Assembly (NCBI GenBank): GCA_943355005.1
Contig: CALRDV010000006.1
Coordinates: forward strand, 1-62,455
Reading direction: 5' to 3'
Source of the DNA: Patescibacteria group bacterium
Lineage (GTDB): Bacteria > Patescibacteriota > Microgenomatia > UBA1400 > MFAQ01
Length of the DNA stretch: 62,455 bases
In this document: positions 26,798 through 36,468 of the stretch, in pieces
Layout: each line of letters starts with the position of its first letter
Numbering within the stretch: the stretch's first letter is position 1
Notes under the pieces: model-generated
Databases searched by the model: none
What the model was told of the DNA's origin: nothing
The model's input: only the letters and a program-made list of their open reading frames with translations
Position numbers and translations under genes: made by a program

Positions 26798-27826
26798 ATG
26801 CCAGAACAAAAAACAGCAGTCATTGTCGGTGTTACTTCTCAAGACGGTTCGTATCTGGCAGAGCTTCTACTAAGTAAGGGCTACAAAGTAGTCGGTACCA
26901 TTCGCAGAACCACATCACTTGTTCACGAAAATATTGAACATTTGAAAGGCAAAATTACTTTAGTCGCCGCCGATTTAATTGATCAAGAATCTATTAATCA
27001 AGTAATGATCAAGTATCAGCCGGATGAAGTTTACAATATTGCTTCTCAGTCTGTACCGGGAGATGCTTGGACTCACCCTTTCTATACAGGAGAAGTTACT
27101 GCTCTTGGTCCGGTCCGTGTATTTGAAGCAGTTCGTCACTTTTGTCCCAAGGCCCGCGTCTATCAAGCCACTTCCCGCGAAATTCTCGGCGGTGTCAAAG
27201 GAGTTGATAGAGCCAATGAATCCACTCCGCTATTTGCCAACAATCCTTATGGAATTGCCAAGGCCTATGCTCATATGATGGTGAACTGCTATCGCGAATC
27301 ATATGGCATGTTTGTTTGTGCTGGCATTCTTTTTAATCACGAATCACCTCGTCGATCTCTTCACTTTGTCACCCGAAAAATTTCTATGGGAGTTGCCTGT
27401 ATTAAACTCGGCATTAAGAATCCTCCCGTCAACGAGCTGGGTGAACCCATGGTGGATACAGCAGGGAAAATTCATCTGGGGGACCTCAATGCTATGAGAG
27501 ACTGGGGCTATTCCAAAGATTATGTCGAAGCCATGTGGCTAATGCTACAGTCTGACAAGCCGAAAGATTATGTCATTGGTACGGATACGAATTATTCGAT
27601 CAAAGATGCCTGCAAAGCCGCTTTCGACCATGTGGGTATGAATTGGGAAGACCATATCATTTCTAATGAAAGATTACTTCGACCTACTGAAATTACCGAC
27701 ATGAAAGGGGACTACTCACTGGCCAAAAAAGAACTTGGCTGGGAGCCAAAAGTCTTTATGAAAGAGCTGATGGAAATCATGGTCGATTCGGATATCAAAT
27801 GGCTCAAAGCTCATAATGTAAAATAA
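26798..27826 (+). CDS. gmd: GDP-mannose 4,6-dehydratase
   Basis: VGVTSQDGSYLAELLLSKGY, NPYGIAKAYAH, GILFNHESPRR, GDLNAMRDWGY are all hallmark Gmd segments. Confidence 0.92.
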   Translation: MPEQKTAVIVGVTSQDGSYLAELLLSKGYKVVGTIRRTTSLVHENIEHLKGKITLVAADLIDQESINQVMIKYQPDEVYNIASQSVPGDAWTHPFYTGEVTALGPVRVFEAVRHFCPKARVYQATSREILGGVKGVDRANESTPLFANNPYGIAKAYAHMMVNCYRESYGMFVCAGILFNHESPRRSLHFVTRKISMGVACIKLGIKNPPVNELGEPMVDTAGKIHLGDLNAMRDWGYSKDYVEAMWLMLQSDKPKDYVIGTDTNYSIKDACKAAFDHVGMNWEDHIISNERLLRPTEITDMKGDYSLAKKELGWEPKVFMKELMEIMVDSDIKWLKAHNVK

Positions 27827-27829
27827 ACC

Positions 27830-28765
27830 ATGTCAAAAGAAGTTTTTATCACCGGTAGTGAGGGATTTGCCGGTACCAAGCTTAAACAAGAGCTAATAAA
27901 TAATGGTTACGATGTCACCGGGACCTCATTGTCCGAAGTCGTGGGCGAAGAAGAAAACATATTTCAATGTGACATCACCGACAAGGAAAGGGTTAATAGG
28001 CTTGTATTTGATTGCCGGCCTGCGGCCATTGTTCATCTAGCAGCACTTGTCAAACCAAGTGATGCTATAAAAAATCCGGCTCTGGCGCAAAAAATTAACG
28101 TTGACGGCACTAGAAATATTTTTGATGCTGTCAGATTGATCCCGAATTACCGACCTAGAATTGTCATCATCGGATCCTCAGAAGAGTTTGGGGTTATCAA
28201 TTCTGGTGAGGTTGTTACGGAGGAAACACCTTTGGCTCCAGTAAATCCGTATGGTGTAAGCAAGGTTGAGGCTTGGAAGCTGGCACTAGAATATATTGAG
28301 AAATTCGATCTGGATATAGTTTCTACCATTCCCTTTAATCACACCGGTCCAGGTCAAGCACTTGGTTTTATTGCTCCCGACGTTGCTTCTCAAATTGTAG
28401 AGATAGAAAGAGGTCTAAAAGACCCAATACTAATTACAGGAAACATTTCTCATCGCAGAAATTTTTCTGATGTCCGAGATGTGGTCAGAGCTTACAGGTT
28501 ATTAATAGAGTTGGGTAAAACCGGTGAGAGATATATCATCTGTGCCGACAACAGTATTCCTCTCTCGTATATTATTGATAACATGCTCAGTCAGTCACTA
28601 GTCAAGATAGAACATAGAATCGACCCTAATAGAGCCAGACCTGCTGACATCGCCGACATCTCCGCAAGTCACGACAAAATTACTAGTGCTACCGGTTGGC
28701 AACCGGAAATCCCCATTGAACAAACCCTCAAAGATCTTTTGAATTGGTATCGGAATAGAGGGTAA
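27830..28765 (+). CDS. rmd: GDP-4-dehydro-6-deoxy-D-mannose reductase (Rmd-like)
   Basis: ITGSEGFAGTKL, NPYGVSKVEA, FNHTGPGQ, RNFSDVRDVVRAY and ATGWQPEIPIEQTL parallel Pseudomonas Rmd (recalled); directly follows gmd. Confidence 0.72.
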   Translation: MSKEVFITGSEGFAGTKLKQELINNGYDVTGTSLSEVVGEEENIFQCDITDKERVNRLVFDCRPAAIVHLAALVKPSDAIKNPALAQKINVDGTRNIFDAVRLIPNYRPRIVIIGSSEEFGVINSGEVVTEETPLAPVNPYGVSKVEAWKLALEYIEKFDLDIVSTIPFNHTGPGQALGFIAPDVASQIVEIERGLKDPILITGNISHRRNFSDVRDVVRAYRLLIELGKTGERYIICADNSIPLSYIIDNMLSQSLVKIEHRIDPNRARPADIADISASHDKITSATGWQPEIPIEQTLKDLLNWYRNRG

Positions 28766-28774
28766 GATAGAGAA

Positions 28775-30025
28775 GTGAAGAAAATAATTGGCTTACTCAA
28801 GACGCAGACTCTCAAGGATTCTTTTGTCATCTTTATTGGTTTGGGTATCACCGCTGTCATTGGACTTATTTACACCATTGTTTTGGCCCGTGCCATTGGT
28901 CCGGTAAATTTTGGCATCTACTCCGCCATTACCGCTCTGGCGACGATTGTATACAGTTTGGGGGACCTAGGTATCTCACCGGCCATCATTTATTTGATTC
29001 CCAAGCAAAAACTAGATAGATACATTTTGGTCGCCACTGGCTTTTGGATGCAATTTGGAGTAACGGTTACGGCATTCCTTTTTATGGCTGTGTTTGCTTT
29101 ATTCTTAAATTTTATTATTCCAGGATCATCTCAAACAGACTTGCTTCTGGCAGGAGGCATAACCATTAATTATCTTTTAATCGGCTACGCCCAAGGCATA
29201 TTTACGGCGGAAAAGAAATTTTGGTCCTATTCTTTTAGCCAAATCATCGATTCTTCGGTGAAAATTATCATTGTCTTCTTTTTGTTTCGTCTAAACAGAT
29301 TGACAGTTGGCTCAGCCCTTACCGCCAATCTTATTTCCACCCTTTTTGCTCTTCTACTTACATTTGGGAAGGAGCTTTACAAAATCGAGTTTGATTTTAG
29401 TCACAAAATATTTCTAGATATTGTCAAGTTCGCCAAATGGATTGCCGTTTCCAGAATCTTCAATGTCCTTATCTCCAAAATAGACGTCATACTTCTAAAT
29501 CTCATGGTGGGTAGCTTCCAAGCAGGTATCTATGCCGCCGCAGCTAGAGTATCTCTCTTATTTATGCTGATAGTTTCCGGTCTTGGCTCGGTGGTCAATT
29601 CCCGCTTTTCTTCTTTTACAAGCGGGCACCAAGTAAAAGCTTATCTAAAGAAACTTGTAATTCTCACTTTAGGAATCTTGCTTCTCATGGTTCTTTGTGC
29701 AGGGCTGGCTGAGCCAATCGTCAGGTTTGCGTACGGTGAAAAATATCTAGATGCCATTTCTGTCTTTAGATATCTTACCTTGGCCATGATTCCGTTTATT
29801 TTTTCCGTTCTCACTACACCCCCGCTTCTCTATACTTACAATCAGCCAAAGTTTTACGCAACAGTTTCCGCTATTCAAGTTACTCTTTTGATAGTTCTTG
29901 AAGTCCTCTTAATTCCTTCTCTCGGCTATTTTGCCCCTGTCGTCGCGCTTGGTGTTAGTAATGTTTTTGTCCTTCTTGTTTCTTCTGTAAAGCTTCACTT
30001 TCTAATCAAGAATCACATCAGTTGA
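28775..30025 (+). CDS. Wzx-like polysaccharide flippase (MOP superfamily)
   Basis: 416 aa, about 12 TM helices with the two-halves layout typical of Wzx; position after gmd-rmd; GTG start. Confidence 0.6.
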   Translation: MKKIIGLLKTQTLKDSFVIFIGLGITAVIGLIYTIVLARAIGPVNFGIYSAITALATIVYSLGDLGISPAIIYLIPKQKLDRYILVATGFWMQFGVTVTAFLFMAVFALFLNFIIPGSSQTDLLLAGGITINYLLIGYAQGIFTAEKKFWSYSFSQIIDSSVKIIIVFFLFRLNRLTVGSALTANLISTLFALLLTFGKELYKIEFDFSHKIFLDIVKFAKWIAVSRIFNVLISKIDVILLNLMVGSFQAGIYAAAARVSLLFMLIVSGLGSVVNSRFSSFTSGHQVKAYLKKLVILTLGILLLMVLCAGLAEPIVRFAYGEKYLDAISVFRYLTLAMIPFIFSVLTTPPLLYTYNQPKFYATVSAIQVTLLIVLEVLLIPSLGYFAPVVALGVSNVFVLLVSSVKLHFLIKNHIS

Positions 30026-30734
30026 AGAGATTGTATTTAAGGATACACCAGAGTGCTTGTACACCATCTTTCCAGCCTATCTTTTTTCCTTGCTCGTAAT
30101 TTCTACCGTGATAGCTTATGCCTACCTCATAAACCCTGCTTCCCATCTTGGCAATTTTAGCTGTGAATTCCGGCTCCATGCCAAATCTATTTTCTACTAA
30201 TATCAATTTCTTAGCCACCTTTCCGGTAAACATTTTGTACCCTGTCTCCATATCGGTAAGATTTAAATTTGTACACATGTTGGAAACTAGGGTTAGAAGA
30301 TTGTTCGCCACCATATGCCAAAAGAAAAGTACCCGGTGAGGTCTATCTCCCATAAATCGGGAACCAAATACCACGTCAGCGTCCCCATCCAATATTGGCT
30401 TAAGTAGAAACTTCATTTCGTTCGGGTCGTATTCCAAGTCGGCATCGTGAATCATTATGACATCTCCGGTCGCTTCCTTCAGTCCCCGGCGAATTGCAGA
30501 TCCTTTTCCTCTATTCCTCTTCGATTCAATCAGCAATATCTTTACATCCTTTTTCTTTATCTTTAGAATTTTTGATGCTTTAATTTTCTGTCTTGTACCA
30601 TCCCAACTGCCATCGTCCACCACGATAATTTCTTTCTTTAGACCTTCAGACTGTGCAGAAATTACCCGCTTAATCGCCTTTATCACAAACTTCTCCTCAT
30701 TAAACACCGGCATAATTATGGATATCTTACGCAT
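30018..30734 (-). CDS. GT2 polyprenyl-phosphate glycosyltransferase (DPM1/GtrB-like)
   Basis: [41 protein letters not shown]; short soluble GT-A of the lipid-phosphate-sugar synthase type. Confidence 0.75.
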   Translation of the reverse strand: MRKISIIMPVFNEEKFVIKAIKRVISAQSEGLKKEIIVVDDGSWDGTRQKIKASKILKIKKKDVKILLIESKRNRGKGSAIRRGLKEATGDVIMIHDADLEYDPNEMKFLLKPILDGDADVVFGSRFMGDRPHRVLFFWHMVANNLLTLVSNMCTNLNLTDMETGYKMFTGKVAKKLILVENRFGMEPEFTAKIAKMGSRVYEVGISYHGRNYEQGKKIGWKDGVQALWCILKYNLFN

Positions 30735-30774
30735 GCGAATATCTTAACACTTGTAAGGAGGCTATAATCAATTC

Positions 30775-32097
30775 ATGGCTTCCGCACAAAAATTCTGGAC
30801 TAACAAATTTAGAATTCTCTTGTTGCCATCTGTTCTAATTCTTCATACCCTTTTGATTTTTTTGAGGGGCTATTTCTTATCCATCGAATTTACCCTTTAT
30901 CCTTTTTTAAGAATCCATGGGTTTTTACCTTACCAAGATATTATCGACCATCATTTTCCCTCGCTTCTGTTTGGACCTTTTGCTCTACCTGCACTTCTTA
31001 CCTCAAATCCATGGCCACTTCTCGCAGTGTTCTTGACCGTTCTCTGTATTACTGACATCCTTCTTTATGGTGTATTAATCAAGTTCCGTGTCCGACTACC
31101 TCTAGTGTGGACCATTCTTTATGTGGTGACATCAGTTTACTTTTCCGGCAATGTCTTGTGGATAGAAACTTTCGTAAATCTATTAATTACTCTCTGGCTT
31201 TTTCTTTCATTTTCAGATCGTCCGATATCCAAATTCACTTCCGGTCTGCTTATTTCTCAGATAATATTGCTTCGTCCCACTCTTTTTCCGGCTTTAATTT
31301 TTATGTTTTTTGGACTCTCTCTTCCGGTGTCGGTTTTCTTGTTTATCGGATTTATTGTCGGTTTATTAATCCCAGGCATTTATCTATATCACTTCAATTT
31401 AATTGATGCTTTTTATCGTCTGGCCATAGTTTTTAACAGTCAGATATATCCTGCAGCGGCTAAACTACTTCCCGCCAAGCGGCAAGTCTTACTACTTTTA
31501 CTTTGGCTGGCTCCTACTGTTTATAGTCTTTTTAGAAATAAGAAATACCTTCTACTGGCATCGCTATTTTTTACTTTACTTCTAGTCGTCCCGCGATTTG
31601 GCTTTGAGCATTTACAGCCATTATTCCTTATTGCCACTATTTACTGGTCTCTCAATTGGAAAGGCTCGGGTCGCATGGTCTTGGCTTTTATAATTATTCT
31701 TTTTTCCCTCAATCTCATTTCTTCCGTTCGCCATCCATATGGCAACTATTTCTTTACTCCTCAAGTCCAAAAGGTGTCACAATTTGTAAAGCAGCTCCCT
31801 GGCAACACCATCTATCTTCTGGGAGCCTCTGACTTGATTTATCCACTCTCTGGAAAATACCCACCAAACTTTACCTATCTTCCCTCGCTTCCTTGGTACT
31901 TTAGTCAAAAAGATTTTGGTAAAAAAGTGATAAGTTCATTAGCTGGCGGCTATACTCCGGTGGTAATCGACTTCAGCGCTACTGTGGACGGCTATAATGT
32001 GGTGGAGAAGAGTGGTCCCATTCTTGAATATATTAAAATGAACTACAACCAGGGAGAAACTATAGAGAATTACGTTATTTATTATCCTAAACCATGA
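30775..32097 (+). CDS. Polytopic membrane protein, candidate GT-C-type transferase (unknown family)
   Basis: 440 aa; acidic first loop LPYQDIIDHHFPS; about 10 TM helices plus ~110-aa soluble C-terminus; divergent from the GT2 at 30018-30734. Confidence 0.45.
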   Translation: MASAQKFWTNKFRILLLPSVLILHTLLIFLRGYFLSIEFTLYPFLRIHGFLPYQDIIDHHFPSLLFGPFALPALLTSNPWPLLAVFLTVLCITDILLYGVLIKFRVRLPLVWTILYVVTSVYFSGNVLWIETFVNLLITLWLFLSFSDRPISKFTSGLLISQIILLRPTLFPALIFMFFGLSLPVSVFLFIGFIVGLLIPGIYLYHFNLIDAFYRLAIVFNSQIYPAAAKLLPAKRQVLLLLLWLAPTVYSLFRNKKYLLLASLFFTLLLVVPRFGFEHLQPLFLIATIYWSLNWKGSGRMVLAFIIILFSLNLISSVRHPYGNYFFTPQVQKVSQFVKQLPGNTIYLLGASDLIYPLSGKYPPNFTYLPSLPWYFSQKDFGKKVISSLAGGYTPVVIDFSATVDGYNVVEKSGPILEYIKMNYNQGETIENYVIYYPKP

Positions 32098-33188
32098 AAA
32101 TAGCTATTGATATTTCTCAAGCCATTTATGGCACCGGAGTTTCCGTCTACACCAAGGAAATTGCCAAAAATCTCATCAAGCTTTTTCCGGATGATGATTA
32201 TGTTCTCTTTGGAGGCTCTCTTCGCCGTCGGAATGAATTGGTTGCACTAGCAAGAAAACTAAAGGGTACGCCAAAGATATATCCTTTCCCTCCCACATTA
32301 ATGGATTTTATCTGGAACTCGTTACACTTGATTCCTATTGAAAGATTTACCGGTCATGTAGACCTTATTCACACCTCAGACTGGACAGAACCTCCCTCCA
32401 AATACCCAAAAATTACAACTGTTCACGATTTAGTCCCATTTTTGTATCCACAAACCACTACTGACTCAATTCGTAACGCCCACAAGAAGAAACTTGCTTG
32501 GGTGATGAGAGAATCAGATAAAATAATCGCGGTTAGTGAAGCCACCAAGAAGGATCTGATTACTATCCTGAGAATTCCGGAAGAAAAAATTGTCGTTATC
32601 CCTGAAGGTGTGGAAGAAAGAAACGAACCTCAGCCTTTAGACATTCAGGAAATGGCACAGAAACATTACAAAACCGGGGATGAATATATTTTTTCACTTT
32701 CTACCTTGGAGCCAAGAAAAAACCAGGAAACTTTAATTAAAGCCTTTAAGATAGTCAAGAAAACTTTTCCCAACTTAAAGCTATTGATAAGTGGTAAGAC
32801 GGGCTGGGGAGACAAAATCGCCCCGGTAGAAGACGTAATTATGCCCGGCTACATCCCTTACGCAGACTTACCCGCCCTATATTCCGGCTGTTTGGCTTTC
32901 GTCCATCCGGCCCTCTATGAGGGTTTTGGCCTTTCACCACTCCAAGCTATGGCTTGTGGCGCCGCTGTGGCTGTTTCGAACGCTTCCAGCTTGCCTGAAG
33001 TGGTAGGCGAAGCAGGAGTCCTTTTTGACCCTACGGACGTCGAAGATATGGCCGCTGGTATAATAGAAGCAATCAACAACCGCTCAAAATTAAGACGGTT
33101 GGGCTTGGAACAAGCATCAAAATTCACCTGGAAGAAAGCCGCAGAACGCACCCACAAGGTTTATGAAGATGTCTTGGCAAGCCAATAA
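32094..33188 (+). CDS. GT4-family (GT-B) glycosyltransferase
   Basis: EPRKN, HPALYEGFGLSPLQAMACGAAVAVSNASSLPEVVG (E-x7-E). Confidence 0.85.
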   Translation: MKIAIDISQAIYGTGVSVYTKEIAKNLIKLFPDDDYVLFGGSLRRRNELVALARKLKGTPKIYPFPPTLMDFIWNSLHLIPIERFTGHVDLIHTSDWTEPPSKYPKITTVHDLVPFLYPQTTTDSIRNAHKKKLAWVMRESDKIIAVSEATKKDLITILRIPEEKIVVIPEGVEERNEPQPLDIQEMAQKHYKTGDEYIFSLSTLEPRKNQETLIKAFKIVKKTFPNLKLLISGKTGWGDKIAPVEDVIMPGYIPYADLPALYSGCLAFVHPALYEGFGLSPLQAMACGAAVAVSNASSLPEVVGEAGVLFDPTDVEDMAAGIIEAINNRSKLRRLGLEQASKFTWKKAAERTHKVYEDVLASQ

Positions 33189-33191
33189 TCT

Positions 33192-34307
33192 ATGAATATC
33201 GGATTCGACATAAATGAAGCTAATATCCCTCAGCGCGTAGGCGTCAATCAGGTGGCTTATAACATCTTCGTTCATATGGTGAAGAATTTGCCTGAAGGAG
33301 ACAAGATTATCGCTTTAGGGAAAGAAAGACCTCTTCCGGACATGCCACCAGCCTCAGATAAACTCATATATGAAATTTTTGGTCCGAAAAAAGCTTGGGT
33401 GCTTACCGGGCTTACCAAAAGACTTTGGATCAACAAGCCAAAGATAGATGTTCTATTTTCTCCCAGTCACTACTCGCCATTTATTTCCCGAGTCAAAAGC
33501 GCCATTTATCTTATGGATATGTCCTTCGAGCTCTTCGGTACAGAGTATTTTACAAGCTACGATATCAATCAGCTTAAGAAATGGACTCCAATCTCAGTCA
33601 AAAAAGCCAAGAAAGTATTTACCATTTCACAGTTTAGTAAAGATGAAATAATGCGGCTCTATAGCACTCCTTCCGAAAAAATAGATGTCATCTACCCTGC
33701 CTACGACAAAAATATTTACAATGGCAAAATTCCCAAGACCAAGCAGATTTCGGTAAGGAAAAAATACGGTATCAATGGTAGCTTTCTCCTATATTGGGGT
33801 ACTCTGCAACCCAGAAAAAATATCAGCAAATTAATCGAAGCCTTTTCTCTATTAAAAGAATCCAGACTTAAGCTGGTAATAGTAGGGAAAAAGGGATGGT
33901 TGTACGAACAAATTCTCGAACAATCTCAAAAATTGGGGATCACCAATCGTGTAATTTTTGCCGGTTTTGTTCCCGATGAAGATCTTACTTCACTAATCAA
34001 ATCCAGCCGAGCATACGTCCTTCCTAGTTTGTACGAGGGCTTTGGTATGCCCGTCATCGAAGCGCAGGCCGTCGGCGCCCCAGTGGTCGTTTCCAGAGTA
34101 AGTTCTCTTCCGGAAGTCACAGGTGAATCCGGTATATATATAGAAGACCCAAATTCCATCGAGAGTATCAAGGAAGCTCTGGTAAAAGTAATGGCTTTAA
34201 CTCCCAAAGAGAGACTCAGGATAGTTAAAGAAGGAAAAGAAAATGCTAAAAGATTCGATTGGGATGCGTCTGCCCAAAAAATTATCTCTATACTAAAGAA
34301 TATATGA
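33192..34307 (+). CDS. GT4-family (GT-B) glycosyltransferase
   Basis: [40 protein letters not shown]; tandem paralog of 32094-33188. Confidence 0.85.
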   Translation: MNIGFDINEANIPQRVGVNQVAYNIFVHMVKNLPEGDKIIALGKERPLPDMPPASDKLIYEIFGPKKAWVLTGLTKRLWINKPKIDVLFSPSHYSPFISRVKSAIYLMDMSFELFGTEYFTSYDINQLKKWTPISVKKAKKVFTISQFSKDEIMRLYSTPSEKIDVIYPAYDKNIYNGKIPKTKQISVRKKYGINGSFLLYWGTLQPRKNISKLIEAFSLLKESRLKLVIVGKKGWLYEQILEQSQKLGITNRVIFAGFVPDEDLTSLIKSSRAYVLPSLYEGFGMPVIEAQAVGAPVVVSRVSSLPEVTGESGIYIEDPNSIESIKEALVKVMALTPKERLRIVKEGKENAKRFDWDASAQKIISILKNI

Positions 34308-34939
34308 ACATCTCCAGCTTAAATATCTCCGGTCAGGGAATTTTCTTCGTCGACAAAGAAGGTAATCGGCTGCCTCTTTCCACCTCCTTCAAGAAAATCT
34401 TCGTCCGATTTTACAATTACGCTTTGGATCTGGAACTTTTCCTGCTTTGGATGGTTGGCTATATTCCCAGCCACATGATTCGTAAAATATTTTATTTTCT
34501 AGCGGGCATCAAGCTCGGTAGGGGAGCTACTCTTCATATGGGTGCCCGTTTCTACATGCCCAAAAATATTTCTATTGGAGAGGGAACCATTATTGGAGAC
34601 CACGCATTTATAGATGGTAGAGCTAAGGTAAAGATCGGCAAACACTCCGACATAGCTTCCCAAATCATGATTTACAATTCGGAGCACGATCTTTCAAATC
34701 CGACTTTTGTCGCCACCGAAGAGCCTGTCACTATTGGAGATTATTGCTTTATCGGGCCCCGAGTCATAATTATGCCTGGTGTCACAGTCGGAGATGGTGC
34801 GGTGATTGCGGGTGGTGCTGTCGTCACCAAAGATGTTCCTGCCGGAGTCATCGTTGGGGGAGTTCCCGCCAAGATAATCGGCGATAGACCTCTAAAACAA
34901 TATCATTATAAATTGGGAAGACCCCGTCTCTTTCAATGA
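34304..34939 (+). CDS. Left-handed beta-helix (hexapeptide) O-acetyltransferase with N-terminal TM helix
   Basis: Hexapeptide repeats [46 protein letters not shown]; ATG at 34304 gives an ATGA overlap with the upstream stop. Confidence 0.8.
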   Translation: MNISSLNISGQGIFFVDKEGNRLPLSTSFKKIFVRFYNYALDLELFLLWMVGYIPSHMIRKIFYFLAGIKLGRGATLHMGARFYMPKNISIGEGTIIGDHAFIDGRAKVKIGKHSDIASQIMIYNSEHDLSNPTFVATEEPVTIGDYCFIGPRVIIMPGVTVGDGAVIAGGAVVTKDVPAGVIVGGVPAKIIGDRPLKQYHYKLGRPRLFQ

Positions 34940-35559
34940 AACATACTTCCGTCATTGCGAGTCCTTCCGTCATTGCGAATCTCGTACTCGAGCTGAAGCA
35001 ATCTCTGAGCCCGGGCTTAAGAATATTTATTTCTTTAGTCTATTTGCTTGGAGTAATTTATTTAGCTCTCCCTTCCCCCGCCTACCCTGAGCTTTCCCGT
35101 TCCGGACGTTCTGATGAGCCGGGTGACACTTGGCAAAACCCTGACCAGAAGGGTTATTATTCCAACCTCAGTCGATCTGAGGTTTTAGCCGATATAGAGT
35201 CTCAATTCAATATTAAATTTTTGGGAATTACACTTCCCACCTTTCGACTTAATTATCGACCGGAGGATGCAAGCGATCTAGTTCGTGGCCAATTACAAAG
35301 CTACTACTTGGAGGAAATCATTATTCCATTTAGAGAATCTATTTTTGTCAATGGTTGGGAACCAAAGAAATCACCTCAATATGCCCTGCTTCCCGATAAA
35401 TCAAAATCAGATCTTTTTCTTCACGGAGTTCCTTACGATGCCAAAATTACTTTGCGCCCGGCAAACTCTCCTGTGTGGGCAAGACTTCTGGTCTGGACAC
35501 TCCTGTTTCCCTCTATTTATTTAGTCTACCTATCATTTAAAAAGACTTTTGATAAGTAA
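34936..35559 (+). CDS. Hypothetical membrane-anchored protein (N- and C-terminal TM helices)
   Basis: ATGA overlap with the upstream stop; the first ~23 codons are 1.5 copies of the GTCATTGCGA repeat ([18 protein letters not shown]); no recognisable domain. Confidence 0.5.
   Translation: MKHTSVIASPSVIANLVLELKQSLSPGLRIFISLVYLLGVIYLALPSPAYPELSRSGRSDEPGDTWQNPDQKGYYSNLSRSEVLADIESQFNIKFLGITLPTFRLNYRPEDASDLVRGQLQSYYLEEIIIPFRESIFVNGWEPKKSPQYALLPDKSKSDLFLHGVPYDAKITLRPANSPVWARLLVWTLLFPSIYLVYLSFKKTFDK
34951..35005 (+). repeat. Partial + full GTCATTGCGA repeat, inside the 5' end of a CDS
   Basis: gtcattgcgagtccttcc + gtcattgcgaatctcgtactcgagctgaagcaatctc. Confidence 0.8.
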
Positions 35560-36468
35560 ATGACCGACATCGACCTTTCAATCATCACCATTTCCTACAA
35601 CACCAAGCAGATAATGTTCAACTGCCTTGAATCGGTACTGAAAAATACCGAGGACTTAAATTACGAAGTCATTGTTGTAGAGAACGGCTCAAAAGATGGT
35701 TCTCTGGAGATGATCAAAAAATATTGCAAGCGACACCCAAGGGTAAGAATTGTGAATGCTAAAGAAAATATTGGCTTTGGACGAGGAAATAATCTGGGTG
35801 CAAGCAAAGCAAAAGGGGAGTATTTGCTATTCCTTAACTCTGATACTCTAATTATCGACAATGCTTTGAGTGAGGTTGTTGAAAAAGTCAGGAAACATCG
35901 CAATATCGGTGCTTATTCTTGTCGATTACTGAACGCCGACTATACTTTTCAATCTTCAGGTGGACACTTTCCTACGTTTTTTAATGTCTTTGCTTGGCAA
36001 CTATTTGTAGATGATCTTCCGTATATCAGTCAGCATATAAATTCTTTCCACCCCAAACAAAGTCAGTACGATAAAGGCCAAAAAATGGACTGGGTCACAG
36101 GTGCCTTCATGGTCATCAAAAAAGATTTATTCGAAAAAGTCGGCGGTTTTGACAAAAAGATTTTCATGTACACCGAAGAGATGGAACTTTGTTATCGTCT
36201 AGACAAAGAAGGTCATGAAACTTTCTATACGAATTCACCATCTATCATCCATTTGGGCGGTGCTTCAAGTGGCTCCTATCTGGCTTTCACGGCAGAGATA
36301 AAAAATATGATTTACTTTTGGCAGAAACATATGCCTCGCTGGCAGCTACCATTTGTCAAAATGTTCTTTTGGATTGGTTCATTGCTTAGACTGTTAATAT
36401 TTGGGATAATAAAAGGTGATGCTAAAGCTCGACGGGCGTATTTCCACGCTCTTGGATTCATTTTATAA
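35560..36468 (+). CDS. GT2-family glycosyltransferase
   Basis: [49 protein letters not shown]. Confidence 0.8.
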   Translation: MTDIDLSIITISYNTKQIMFNCLESVLKNTEDLNYEVIVVENGSKDGSLEMIKKYCKRHPRVRIVNAKENIGFGRGNNLGASKAKGEYLLFLNSDTLIIDNALSEVVEKVRKHRNIGAYSCRLLNADYTFQSSGGHFPTFFNVFAWQLFVDDLPYISQHINSFHPKQSQYDKGQKMDWVTGAFMVIKKDLFEKVGGFDKKIFMYTEEMELCYRLDKEGHETFYTNSPSIIHLGGASSGSYLAFTAEIKNMIYFWQKHMPRWQLPFVKMFFWIGSLLRLLIFGIIKGDAKARRAYFHALGFIL

